Positions 18,236 to 27,668 of a stretch of 64,000 bases of DNA are shown piece after piece. The stretch spans positions 640,938-704,937 of the forward strand of contig CAWBLV010000006.1 in NCBI GenBank assembly GCA_963789735.1. Direction: 5' to 3'. Source of the stretch: Candidatus Dormiibacterota bacterium (GTDB lineage: Bacteria > Chloroflexota > Dormibacteria > Aeolococcales > Aeolococcaceae). Position 1 is the stretch's first letter; every line of letters begins with the position of its first letter. The notes beneath the pieces are model-generated. The model was not told the DNA's origin. It did no database searches and was given only the letters and a program-made list of their open reading frames with translations. A program made the position numbers and the translations under genes.

Positions 18236-18949
18236 TCAGCGGCGCAGCCCTGCGAAGCGGTATCCGATTCCGGGGACCGCGAGGATATGGCGGGGTTGCG
18301 CCGGATCCGGCTCGATCTTCCGTCGCAGATTGCGCACGTGGACATCGATCACGCGGGTCTCGATCGGATGCTCGTAGCCCCAGACCGCGCTGAGGATCCG
18401 CTCTCGCGAGAGCACTTTGCCCGCGTTGGACGCGAGGTACGAGAGCAGGTCGAACTCCGTATGGGTGAGCACGATGTCGCGGTCGGCCCTCGTCACCCGG
18501 CGCTCGGCCGTGTCGATGACGATGTCCCGGAAGACGAGACGTCCGTCGGCGGGCTTGTCCTCGCCGCGCAACTCCTTGGCTCTCCGCAGTTGGGCGCCGA
18601 TGCGGGCGAGCAACTCGCGCGCACGGAACGGCTTCGCGATGTAATCGTCCGCCCCGATCTCCAGGCCGAGCACGATGTCGATCTCGTCGTGCTTGGCGCT
18701 GAGGATGATCACCGGCATGCGATAGCCGGCTCTGCGGATCTCGCGGCAGACGTCGAATCCCGAGAGATCGGGGAGCATCAGATCGAGGATGACGACGTCC
18801 GGATGGAAGACTTCGAGGCGGGCGAGCGCCTCACTGGCGCGCTCCGCCTCCTGGACGGTGTAGCCCTCGGTCTCGCAGGTGAGGCGCACGGCTTTGCGGA
18901 TCAGCGCGTCGTCATCGACGACGAGGACCCTTACCTGCTGTCCATCCAC
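18236..18949 (-). CDS. OmpR/PhoB-family response regulator
   Basis: Receiver domain (VLVVDDD...ILDLMLPD..G...KP) plus a winged-helix output domain (LTHTEFDLLSYLASNAGKVLSRERIL..VWG). GTG at 18949 is preceded by GAGGAA. Confidence 0.9.
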   Translation of the reverse strand: MDGQQVRVLVVDDDALIRKAVRLTCETEGYTVQEAERASEALARLEVFHPDVVILDLMLPDLSGFDVCREIRRAGYRMPVIILSAKHDEIDIVLGLEIGADDYIAKPFRARELLARIGAQLRRAKELRGEDKPADGRLVFRDIVIDTAERRVTRADRDIVLTHTEFDLLSYLASNAGKVLSRERILSAVWGYEHPIETRVIDVHVRNLRRKIEPDPAQPRHILAVPGIGYRFAGLRR

Positions 18950-19093
18950 ACCAATTCCTCGAAGTGAGCTCGCGTCATTCTGGAGTATCGAACCTCGTTC
19001 GGAACGGTGAAGGGTTGCTACTATACGGGCCGACTCCAATTCGGACCGCCTCCGGGGGACGGTCCCCCTTCACAAAACTGGAGACCCGCACCC

Positions 19094-20425
19094 GTGCAGA
19101 CCCAGGGTTCCCTACGTGACGGCGGTCTCGCGACGCTGCTGCAGTCGATGCAGGCAGAGCGAGCGACCGGCACACTGACCATCGACAACGGTGGCGACAA
19201 CTGCTCGCTGTACTTCCTGTTCGGCCACCTGTTCCACGCGAGTGGCCCTGGTGGACAGGGCGAAGAGGTTGTCATCGACGCTCTCGGGTGGGACGACGGC
19301 TCCTACCAGTTCGACCCGCGCGCCAAGCTCCCCGCGGAGGAGACGATCAAGGCCTCTCCGGCCGAGTTGATCGCCGCCGCCGAAAGCCGGGCTCCCGCTG
19401 CGACCGCTTCGACGAGTGCTTCCACCTGGCCGGACGCGGCGCCGGCATATTCGGCTCCCGATGCGTACTCGCCGGCACCCGCCGCGAGTCTCCCCGAGCC
19501 GATTGAGGAGCCTGCGTACGCCGTCGCGGCGACTGCTCCGGAACCCGAACCGGTTGCCGAGGCTCCTGCGGCCGCGCCCGAGCCGGAACCAGAGCCAGAG
19601 CCCGAACCCGTCGCAGCGTTGCAGGCCCCGCCTCAGACGCCTGCTCCGGAGCCCTTCTCGTATCAGCCGGCGCCAGAGCCCGTGTCGTACCAGCCTGAGC
19701 CGGTGGCCGCGGAGCCGGAGCCCGTCGCTCCGGCCGCCTCTGCTGCGGCTTCACCCGACCGCCCGACGCCCACACCTGGAGGTGCCGCCACGGACGCTCC
19801 CGCTGTCCGCGTCTACCCGCTCCCATCCGGGCGCGCCCATTACGAGGGGCTGAAGAGCGCATTCGTCGACTTCCCCCGCCTGCTTCGCACACTACGGTCG
19901 GATCGCCACACCGGCTATGTGAACCTGAGTGGCGCCGGCTACAGCGGCGTCATCCTCCTCAACGAGGGCCAGGCGCTCGAGGCGTTGTGCAGCAACGGCA
20001 CGGCCGTCCAGGGTGAGGACGCGTTCCTCCAGATCCGCCGTCACATGGACGCCGGCGATGGTGTCATCGATGTCATCGAGCTCGAAGGCGAGACCGTCAC
20101 CGCGCTCGCCCAGCTGTTCACCTCGCCGTACCTCTACAGCGGCCTGCTCGGACGCTTCGTCAACCTCGAAGCGCTGCTGGAGTACCTGGCGGAGGAGCAC
20201 GTGAGCGGCTCGGTGGTGGTGCAAACCCCCAGTGAGGCGGGGATCATCCTGCTTCGAGATGGCGCCATCCTCGGCACGTACACGGAATCACAGCGGTCCC
20301 TCGACAAGGCCACGACTGCCGTTGCCTCGCTGGCCAGTGATCGGGCGTCGGTCATCGAGGTCAAGGGCGGCGATGGCGCCGTCGTGGCCATCGACGTCGA
20401 CGCCGCGCTCAACCGCGCTTACTAG
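19094..20425 (+). CDS. DUF4388-domain protein with a long Pro/Ala/Glu linker
   Basis: The N-terminal segment LATLLQSMQAERATGTLTIDNGG..CSLYFLFGHLFHA fits DUF4388. There is an (EP)n-rich linker. Two further DUF4388-like segments occur in the C-terminal half. The start is uncertain (GTG at 19094). Confidence 0.65.
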   Translation: MQTQGSLRDGGLATLLQSMQAERATGTLTIDNGGDNCSLYFLFGHLFHASGPGGQGEEVVIDALGWDDGSYQFDPRAKLPAEETIKASPAELIAAAESRAPAATASTSASTWPDAAPAYSAPDAYSPAPAASLPEPIEEPAYAVAATAPEPEPVAEAPAAAPEPEPEPEPEPVAALQAPPQTPAPEPFSYQPAPEPVSYQPEPVAAEPEPVAPAASAAASPDRPTPTPGGAATDAPAVRVYPLPSGRAHYEGLKSAFVDFPRLLRTLRSDRHTGYVNLSGAGYSGVILLNEGQALEALCSNGTAVQGEDAFLQIRRHMDAGDGVIDVIELEGETVTALAQLFTSPYLYSGLLGRFVNLEALLEYLAEEHVSGSVVVQTPSEAGIILLRDGAILGTYTESQRSLDKATTAVASLASDRASVIEVKGGDGAVVAIDVDAALNRAY

Positions 20426-22193
20426 GTCGCTCCGGGGGCTCCGTCTCACCTCCGGCCTGCGCCGGATCGCACCCTGGGCCCTCTGTGGACTGCTCTGCGC
20501 GTGCCTGTCCGGGTGTTTCAGCAGCCCGCCGCAGATCATTCAGCTGCTTCCCGGACGCGGCGCCGTCGGGGTCGCCGCAGACGCGGCGGTGACCGTCGAG
20601 TTCGACCGGCCGGTGGTCACGTCGTCAGTACGGAGCCGCTTCTCCGTGAACCGGGCGATACCGTCATGCAATCTCGAGGCGGCATTCGGCGCCGGTCCGC
20701 TCGCTCCGTGCCGGATCGTCTGGCTAGCAGGCGATACCGGGTTCACGCTGCTCCACCCGAGGGCGATCTTTGCGCCGAGCACGTCCTACACCTTCACGCT
20801 CGCAGGGGGAATCAGCGACCCGAGCGGGGTCGTGAACTCGGTCGATCATCACTGGACGATCACGACCGGTCCCGCACCGGTCATTCGCGCGCTCCAGCCC
20901 GCTGACGGGTCAACTGGTATCGCGGTCGACACCCCCATCTCGGTGAGCTTCTCGACGGCCATGAACGCCGCCGCCACCGAGGCTGCGATCACGTTGAACC
21001 CGCCGGTGCCGGGGACGCGAGTGGTCCGCAACCTGCGTGACCCGAGCCGCTTCGTCGTGCTCCCCGGGGCAACCCTCGAGGCGGGCGTGACGTACCAGCT
21101 CGACGTCGGCGTGGCGGCGACGGACATCGATCACCAACCACTCGTGACCGGTGCCGTGTCCACCTTCACCACGGCCGGCATGTCGCCCGGTCCGCACGTG
21201 GTGGTGCTGGCCGCCGTCCCGGGTGAGGGAGCAACCACCGTGCTCATCTCGCCGCTGGCGCCCGCCCAGGTGGGTGAGCCGATCGCGACGGAGGCGGTGC
21301 TTGCTGCCCCGCGCTGCCCGCGCCGGACGGGGTGCGGAACAGCGGCCTACCAGGCGCCGCTCTACACGTACGCTGCGGCGGCGCTTTCGCCCGGAGGTGA
21401 CTGGCTCGCCGCGGTGGAACTCGACGCCACGATCGCGGCGCCGACACCCGTGCTGGTGGTCCTCGACCCTGCCACGGGGAGTGTGGTCTCGAGCTTCGCC
21501 GACTCATCGCTTCCTTCGTGGTCACCCGACGGGTCGACGCTCGCGTTCTCGCGCGACGGCAAGGTGTCGTTCTTCAATCCGGTGACGGGGGCGCTCACCA
21601 CGCTGCCGGCCGGTGATCCACTCGTTGCGCCGGCGGTATGGAGCCCGCTCGGCGAGCAACTCGTCCTCGACGTCGCCGGAACGGCGGACTTCGAGCACCT
21701 CGAGCTGGCGGACTCGGTGGTGCTCGCCCGGTATCCGATCCCGGGATTGACCGGCGCTTCGAGTGACCCGGCAATCTCACCGGACGGATCGCAAATCGCC
21801 TTTCTCCGCTCTGCCACAGGCGCGCAGGGGACCTGGATCGCGGGCCTCGGGGCGTCCTCGACGGCGGCCCGGCTTCTCGACCCCTTCGTGCAGCCGGTGG
21901 GGTTCACCTCGACCGGGACGCTCGTGGGCATCGATCGGCCGGCTGTGGGCAGCCCCACCCTCGTGCTCGTCAGTGTTGCGGGCGATGAGCAGATTCCGAT
22001 CGCCGGTGGGCCGGATCCCGGCTCGCTCGGCACCGTGGTGGTGGCACCGTCCGGGCGTCAGCTCGTGTACCTCAATGCCGACGCAGCCGGCATCGTTCAG
22101 GCGTACATCGAGAACGCCGATGGCAGCGACGCCCAGGTGATCACCGACTTCGCGCCGCGGACGCTTGTCGCCGCCTCGGTCGCGGTGAGCTGA
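20373..22193 (+). CDS. lipoprotein with Ig-like (SbsA-type) domains and a TolB-like beta-propeller
   Basis: Lipobox-like LSGC. Repeated P..G..GV..D..V.V.F segments. WSPDGSTLAFSRDG and ISPDGSQIAFLR propeller motifs. The start is uncertain (ATG at 20373 overlaps the upstream gene). Confidence 0.65.
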   Translation: MAPSWPSTSTPRSTALTRSLRGLRLTSGLRRIAPWALCGLLCACLSGCFSSPPQIIQLLPGRGAVGVAADAAVTVEFDRPVVTSSVRSRFSVNRAIPSCNLEAAFGAGPLAPCRIVWLAGDTGFTLLHPRAIFAPSTSYTFTLAGGISDPSGVVNSVDHHWTITTGPAPVIRALQPADGSTGIAVDTPISVSFSTAMNAAATEAAITLNPPVPGTRVVRNLRDPSRFVVLPGATLEAGVTYQLDVGVAATDIDHQPLVTGAVSTFTTAGMSPGPHVVVLAAVPGEGATTVLISPLAPAQVGEPIATEAVLAAPRCPRRTGCGTAAYQAPLYTYAAAALSPGGDWLAAVELDATIAAPTPVLVVLDPATGSVVSSFADSSLPSWSPDGSTLAFSRDGKVSFFNPVTGALTTLPAGDPLVAPAVWSPLGEQLVLDVAGTADFEHLELADSVVLARYPIPGLTGASSDPAISPDGSQIAFLRSATGAQGTWIAGLGASSTAARLLDPFVQPVGFTSTGTLVGIDRPAVGSPTLVLVSVAGDEQIPIAGGPDPGSLGTVVVAPSGRQLVYLNADAAGIVQAYIENADGSDAQVITDFAPRTLVAASVAVS

Positions 22194-23338
22194 TGCGGCG
22201 TCTGCTCTTTCTCATCGCCGACACGGGCGGGGGCCATCGCGCCGCAGCCACCGCAGTCGAGCGGCAGATGACCGCCACGTGGCCCGGTGAATTCGAGATC
22301 ACCGTCCTCGATCCGTTCACCAGCGCAAAACCGCGGGTCATCGGAGGCACTGCCGGCCTGTACGGGCCGATCACCCGGCATGCCCGCTGGCTGTGGGGCG
22401 GCCTCTACTACTCCACCAACACTCGATCCGCCGTGGCGTTGCTCGAACGCACGGTGCTGCGATCAGTGACCAGCGCGGTGACCGCGGCGATCGATGAGCT
22501 CGATCCCGAATGCGTCGTGTCATTCCACCCGCTCCTCAATCACATCAGCGTGCGCGCTGTGCGAAGCCGGACGCGGCGCATCCCGGTCATCACCGTGATC
22601 ACCGACCTCGTCGACATCCACGTGGCCTGGGAATGCCGCGACGTCGATGCCGTGGTCGTCCCGTCCCCCGGAGGACTCGATCACTGCCGGCGCGCCGGCA
22701 TTCCCGCCTCGCGCTGTCACGATTTCGGCCTCGCAGTCGACCGCAGGTTCACCGAGCTTCCAGGTGATGCCGCAGGGATTGCCGCCATTCGCGAGCGCCT
22801 GGGCCTGCGCACGGACAGCTTCGTGGTGCTCGTCTGCGGCGGTGCCGACGGATCCGGTGGACTCGTGAAACACGCTCGGGCGATCGCCGCCGGATCGCTC
22901 GATCTTGATGTGGTCGTGATCTGCGGCCGCAACGAGCGAGCGCGAGCGGCATTGACCGGCCTGACAACGGGAGCCGGGCGGCCGGTACGAGTCCTCGGCT
23001 ACGTCGACAACATGGCGGAATGGATGCGCGCGTGCGACGTGGTCGTGTCCAAGGCAGGGCCGGGCACGATCGCCGAGGCACTCTGCTGCGGATTGCCGCT
23101 GCTCCTCGTCTGGTATCTCCCCGGGCAGGAGCGCGGTAACGTGGAGTGGGTGGTGGATATCGGCGCGGGACGGTACGTGCCGCGGGATGACCAATTGGTC
23201 GATGCCGTGGCCGAGCTCGCGGAGCCCGGGTCGGAGGCACTGGCCACGATGCGCGCGGCAGTGAAGGCCGCCGCGCGCCCGGACGCCACGCGACGCATCG
23301 CCGAGTTGATCGCCTCGATGTCCGGCGGCAGCGCATGA
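22193..23338 (+). CDS. MGDG-synthase-family / GT28-type glycosyltransferase
   Basis: The N-terminal segment LFLIADTGGGHRAAATAV and the C-terminal segment VSKAGPGTIAEALCCGLPLLL are typical of diacylglycerol glycosyltransferases. Confidence 0.75.
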   Translation: MRRLLFLIADTGGGHRAAATAVERQMTATWPGEFEITVLDPFTSAKPRVIGGTAGLYGPITRHARWLWGGLYYSTNTRSAVALLERTVLRSVTSAVTAAIDELDPECVVSFHPLLNHISVRAVRSRTRRIPVITVITDLVDIHVAWECRDVDAVVVPSPGGLDHCRRAGIPASRCHDFGLAVDRRFTELPGDAAGIAAIRERLGLRTDSFVVLVCGGADGSGGLVKHARAIAAGSLDLDVVVICGRNERARAALTGLTTGAGRPVRVLGYVDNMAEWMRACDVVVSKAGPGTIAEALCCGLPLLLVWYLPGQERGNVEWVVDIGAGRYVPRDDQLVDAVAELAEPGSEALATMRAAVKAAARPDATRRIAELIASMSGGSA

Positions 23339-24537
23339 GCGTCGACGCTCCAACGGTGGACGCGCCGCCCGAGCCTGCCGATACAGCGGTGCCGCGGTGC
23401 ACGATCGTCCGCCTTCGGCTGCACGGCTTTCGCAACTACACGGAAACGACCGTGCGTCTCGGTCCGGGACTCAATGTCATTCATGGCCAAAACGCGCAGG
23501 GCAAGACCAACCTTCTCGAAGCGATCGCAACGCTGGCGCTGACTCGATCGCCCCGCACGACGAGCAGCGGCGATCTGTTGCTGTGGAACGAGGATGCCGC
23601 GCTTGCCGAGGCGGATATCGTTCGCCCGCCTGCCGACGTCACCCTCTCGATCCGATTCCAGCGCGACGCCGCAACCGGACGCGTCGGCCGGGTCACGTCT
23701 GTTGACGGCAAGCCGCGACCGGCGCGCGCGATCCTCGGTGTCTGCCCGGTCGTGCTCTTCTGGCCCGAGGATCTGGGCCTTGTGCGCGGAGGTCCGGATG
23801 GCCGCCGGCGCTTTCTCGACGTCATCCTGGCCCAGACCGATCAGCAAGCGGTTGCGCACATGTCTCGGTACCGGCGCGTGCTGGAGCAGCGCAATTCGTT
23901 GTTGCACCAGCTTCGTGCAGGCACCGGCGCCCGCAACTCGCTGCAGAGCTTCACGGGCGAGCTCGCCCATCACGGCGCATGGCTTGCGGTTGCGCGCGCG
24001 CGTCTCGTCGATGCGCTGGCGCCGCTCGCCGCGCGTTCGCTCCGCGACCTGAGTGGCCAGCGTGAGCAGATCGCGCTTCGCTACGCACCCGCGCATGTCG
24101 ACACGCTTGCCGATACGGTCGAGGCTGCGGAACAGTCCTTGCTCGAGACGTTGCGCGTGCGCTCCGCGGAGGAAATCGCTCGGGGAGTGACCCTCGCGGG
24201 CCCCCACCGCGATGACATTGCGTTTGACCTCGACGGCCGCGCGGCGCGGGGCACTGCCTCGCAGGGTCAGCAGCGAAGCATCGTGCTTGCGTGCAAGCTC
24301 GCCGAGGTTCGCTATCTGCAGGACACGGCAGGGGTCGCGCCGGTCATCCTTCTTGACGACGTGCTGAGCGAACTCGATCCCGATCGGCGCGGCCGGCTGC
24401 TGACGTTGCTTGCCCAGGGAGGGCGGCACCAGGTGATGGTCACCACCACCGAACCGCTCCGCGAGGTCGCCGATTTTGACGAGGTGCTGCACTTCACCGT
24501 GCATCGCGGGGTCGTCAGCCAGGATGCGCGCGAGTGA
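23335..24537 (+). CDS. recF: DNA replication and repair protein RecF
   Basis: LRLHGFRNY....GLNVIHGQNAQGKTNLLEAI, plus the C-terminal LLDDVLSELD signature. ATGA overlap with the upstream stop. GTG near 23389 is an alternative start. Confidence 0.9.
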   Translation: MSVDAPTVDAPPEPADTAVPRCTIVRLRLHGFRNYTETTVRLGPGLNVIHGQNAQGKTNLLEAIATLALTRSPRTTSSGDLLLWNEDAALAEADIVRPPADVTLSIRFQRDAATGRVGRVTSVDGKPRPARAILGVCPVVLFWPEDLGLVRGGPDGRRRFLDVILAQTDQQAVAHMSRYRRVLEQRNSLLHQLRAGTGARNSLQSFTGELAHHGAWLAVARARLVDALAPLAARSLRDLSGQREQIALRYAPAHVDTLADTVEAAEQSLLETLRVRSAEEIARGVTLAGPHRDDIAFDLDGRAARGTASQGQQRSIVLACKLAEVRYLQDTAGVAPVILLDDVLSELDPDRRGRLLTLLAQGGRHQVMVTTTEPLREVADFDEVLHFTVHRGVVSQDARE

Positions 24538-24821
24538 CAGAGCAGCGTCTCTCCGATCTCATCGACCCCGCACTTCGCGGGTTGGGGGTTCGTGTGCAGG
24601 TTCGCGAGGAGCGCTTGCAACTCGCGCTTGCGGATGTGGTCGGCGATGGACTGGCCGCGATGTGCCGCGCCGAGCGGTTGGATCGCGGCGTGCTGGTGAT
24701 CGCCACTGCCAACACGGCTCTGGCGCATCAACTCCAGATGGACGCGCCTCGAGTGATCGACGCGCTGAATCGACGCGTGGGCCAGGACCTCGTCCGCCGG
24801 ATCCGTTTCAAAGCGATGTAG
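24534..24821 (+). CDS. DUF721 (DciA-like) protein
   Basis: 95 aa directly after recF (ATGA overlap). The pattern RLDRGVLVIATANTALAHQLQM....I fits DUF721, which typically follows recF. Confidence 0.7.
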   Translation: MTEQRLSDLIDPALRGLGVRVQVREERLQLALADVVGDGLAAMCRAERLDRGVLVIATANTALAHQLQMDAPRVIDALNRRVGQDLVRRIRFKAM

Positions 24822-24833
24822 AGCGACCGTCCG

Positions 24834-25949
24834 TCAGGCGACGCGCACCGGCATGATGATGCAGAGGTAGTCGTCCTTTCCGACGGGCCGAATCACACCA
24901 GGCTGCAACGACCCGTTGAACGACAGCTGCACCTCGTCGGAGTCGAGCGCCGACAAGGCGTCCAGCATGTACCGCGCGTTGAACGCGATCTGCACGTCGT
25001 CTCCGTGCACGGACGCCGTGAGCGGCGCCTCATCGTCACCGACCTCGGCGGTCTGCGCGAGGAGTGTCAGCGTCCCGTCGCCGATGCGAAGACGGACGGG
25101 GTTGGCGGCATCACGCGCGAGCACTGCGGCGGTCTTTGCCTCACGCAGCAACGACGCGGTCGACAGGCTGACCGTCGTGGTCGATTCACCCGGAATCACC
25201 TGCGTGTAGTTGGGATATGTGCCTTCGATCAGCCGCGAGGAAATCTCGACGTCTTTCAACGTGAAGAAAACCTGGTTCCGTGCGTGAGCGAACGCGATAC
25301 CAACCGTCGGGCGGTTTGGGTTCACTGCTCGAGCAACCTCGGAGAGGTGCCGCGAAGGGACGATCACCGACGTGACTGGCGGCGTGCCATTCACGGTGAC
25401 GTCGATTGTTTTCACCGCAAGGCGATGCCGATCCGTTGCCGCGAGTGTGAGTCGGTTGCCGTCGATCTGGAGCAGCACACCGGTCAACACCGGCGATGCT
25501 TCGTCAGAGCTCGCAGCCATAACCGTCTGCGTGATCGCGTTCTGCAGCGTGACCGCGTCCACTTCAATGGACGTTTCGCTATCGCGTGCCGGCAGCGGCG
25601 GAAATTCCACTGCATCGATGCCGTGCACGTTCGCGCGGTGGACACCACCAGTGAGCTTGAGCACCTGTGTCGTGGGCTCCAGCTCCATGGTGCAGGGCGC
25701 ATCACCAAGCGATGCCACAAATTCTCCGAGCAACCGTGCAGGCACGGTAACGCGGCCTTCCTCGAGGACGGTTGCCGGCACCACCACGGTGATGGTGAGG
25801 TCGAGGTTGGTTGCGGTCACACGCAAACCATCGACACCTGTCTCGAGCAGCACGTTGCTGAGCACTGGCAAGGTCGATCTCGGCGATACGGCTCGGGACA
25901 CCAGCCCGAGCGCACCACTGAGGGTCGAGGACGAGACGGTCGCTTTCAT
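24834..25949 (-). CDS. dnaN: DNA polymerase III beta sliding clamp
   Basis: MKATVSSSTLSGALGLVSRAVSPRSTLPVLSNVLLE... and a length of about 371 aa. ATG at 25949 chosen over the longer ORF. Confidence 0.95.
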   Translation of the reverse strand: MKATVSSSTLSGALGLVSRAVSPRSTLPVLSNVLLETGVDGLRVTATNLDLTITVVVPATVLEEGRVTVPARLLGEFVASLGDAPCTMELEPTTQVLKLTGGVHRANVHGIDAVEFPPLPARDSETSIEVDAVTLQNAITQTVMAASSDEASPVLTGVLLQIDGNRLTLAATDRHRLAVKTIDVTVNGTPPVTSVIVPSRHLSEVARAVNPNRPTVGIAFAHARNQVFFTLKDVEISSRLIEGTYPNYTQVIPGESTTTVSLSTASLLREAKTAAVLARDAANPVRLRIGDGTLTLLAQTAEVGDDEAPLTASVHGDDVQIAFNARYMLDALSALDSDEVQLSFNGSLQPGVIRPVGKDDYLCIIMPVRVA

Positions 25950-26193
25950 GGACGATTCCTCTCTGGAGGCTGCGTTATCACCAGAACTCGATGAGTATGA
26001 CCTGCAGAGTCTAGTAACCAGTAGGCGATGTAGTAGTGGGGACACGGGGGACAACTCGAAAAGCGATCTCATGCGGCCTCCGGGAGCGTTGCCGGCCTGT
26101 GCGCAAGTGGCACTGGTTGTCCACCAGTTGTCCACCGACGGCTGACTTGCGCACTTTGTCCACATGGCGTCCCGGGGTTCGCCAACAGGGTTG
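25950..26193. other. dnaA-dnaN intergenic spacer, candidate oriC
   Basis: Contains three TTGTCCAC(C/A) 9-mers, an inverted pair of a 10-bp motif, and a locally less GC-rich stretch at about 25985-26040. Confidence 0.5.
26117..26164 (+). promoter_or_regulatory. three direct DnaA-box-like 9-mers
   Basis: Read directly from the sequence:
- TTGTCCACC at 26117-26125
- TTGTCCACC at 26128-26136
- TTGTCCACA at 26156-26164
They match the high-GC Gram-positive DnaA-box consensus TTGTCCACA. Confidence 0.6.
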
Positions 26194-27546
26194 TCAACGG
26201 TTGTGGAGCTGTTCGCGGATTGCTCGCACCTCACCCTGGAGGCGAACGTCTTCACGCATGAGCTCGGTGATCTTTTCGATTGCATGCAGCGCAGTGGTGT
26301 GGTCCCTGCCGCCGAAGGCACTGCCGATGACGGGCAGCGACGACTCGGTTGCTTCGCGGATGAGGTACATCGCCACCTGGCGCGGGAAGACGATGTTCTT
26401 GTCGCGGCGTTTGCCCTTCATCTCCTCGACCGAGATCGAGTAATGCGCGGCCACGGCCATCTGGATCGTCTCGATGCTCACCGGGGTCGAGTCCTGGACC
26501 GGGATGACGTCGCGAAGGATCTGCTGGGCGGTCTCGAGCGTGATCTGCTGTCCGTTGATCGAAGCGTGCGCCAGCACGCGGATGAGCGCGCCCTCGAGCT
26601 CGCGGATGTTCTTCTGAATCCGGTGCGCGATGAACGAGCACACCTCGTCCGGCACGAGCTTGCTGTACGGCCCGAGCTTCGTGGTGAGAATCGCCAGCCG
26701 CGTCTCGAAATCCGGTGGCTGGATATCGGCCATGAGCCCGCCCTCGAAGCGGCTCCGGAGGCGATCCTCGAGCGTCGGGATGTCCTTGGGTGGCCGGTCG
26801 CTGCTCACCACGATCTGCTTCTGAAATTCCTGCAGGGCGTTGAAGGTGTGGAAGAACTCTTCTCGGGTGTGGTCCTTGCCGGCCAGGAACTGGATGTCGT
26901 CGATGAGCAGGACGTCGACGCCCCGATACCGCATGCGGAACTCAGCCGGCCGGTTCTCGACGATCGAGGCGACCATCTCGTTCATGAATTTCTCGGACGT
27001 GACGTACGCCACCTTCGCGTTCCGATGGGTCTCGCGCACGGCGTGGCCGATCGCATGCATGAGGTGGGTCTTGCCGAGACCCACGCCGCCGTACAGGAAG
27101 AGCGGGTTGTAGGCCTTGCCAGGTGCTTCGGCCACGGCACGGCACGCAGCGTGCGCGAACCTGCTGGAGTTGCCCACGACGAACGTGCTGAAGGTGAACG
27201 CCGGGTTGAGCCGTGAATCGTTGGCTCCGTCCTCGGGCTCACTGACGTGCGCGTACGTGGGATCGGGGATGTTCGGTGGTGCCTCGGGTGGCGGCGATGC
27301 CTCCGGGTCGACGGTGATGATCACCTCGCAATCGCGACCGAGCACTCCGGAGAGCGTCTCGCGGATCAGCGGGACGTAGCGTTCGCTGACCCAGTCGCGG
27401 GCGAACATCGTCGGCACACCCACCGTGAACGTGTGCCCGTCGGAGTCGACGAGAACGGCATTCGCGAGCCACGCCTCGTATCCGGGGCGGACCACCTGAA
27501 AACGAAGCTCTTCCTGGGCGACTTGCCAGAGCTGCTGCGGGTCCAT
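26194..27546 (-). CDS. dnaA: chromosomal replication initiator protein DnaA
   Basis: Motifs seen:
- Walker A: LYGGVGLGKTHL
- LLIDDIQFL
- C-terminal DNA-binding signature: FGGRDHTTALHA
ATG at 27546 gives about 450 aa. Confidence 0.95.
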   Translation of the reverse strand: MDPQQLWQVAQEELRFQVVRPGYEAWLANAVLVDSDGHTFTVGVPTMFARDWVSERYVPLIRETLSGVLGRDCEVIITVDPEASPPPEAPPNIPDPTYAHVSEPEDGANDSRLNPAFTFSTFVVGNSSRFAHAACRAVAEAPGKAYNPLFLYGGVGLGKTHLMHAIGHAVRETHRNAKVAYVTSEKFMNEMVASIVENRPAEFRMRYRGVDVLLIDDIQFLAGKDHTREEFFHTFNALQEFQKQIVVSSDRPPKDIPTLEDRLRSRFEGGLMADIQPPDFETRLAILTTKLGPYSKLVPDEVCSFIAHRIQKNIRELEGALIRVLAHASINGQQITLETAQQILRDVIPVQDSTPVSIETIQMAVAAHYSISVEEMKGKRRDKNIVFPRQVAMYLIREATESSLPVIGSAFGGRDHTTALHAIEKITELMREDVRLQGEVRAIREQLHNR

Positions 27547-27668
27547 GCTCGCAGTCGAGCTACCGCTTTCCAAGATCGGCTCGACGCGCTGCGCCTGATC
27601 ACCGACAACTCCGATACCGACTGTTCGATCCACTCGTTCCTCGCCTTGGCCTGCCCAACACAGCGCAC

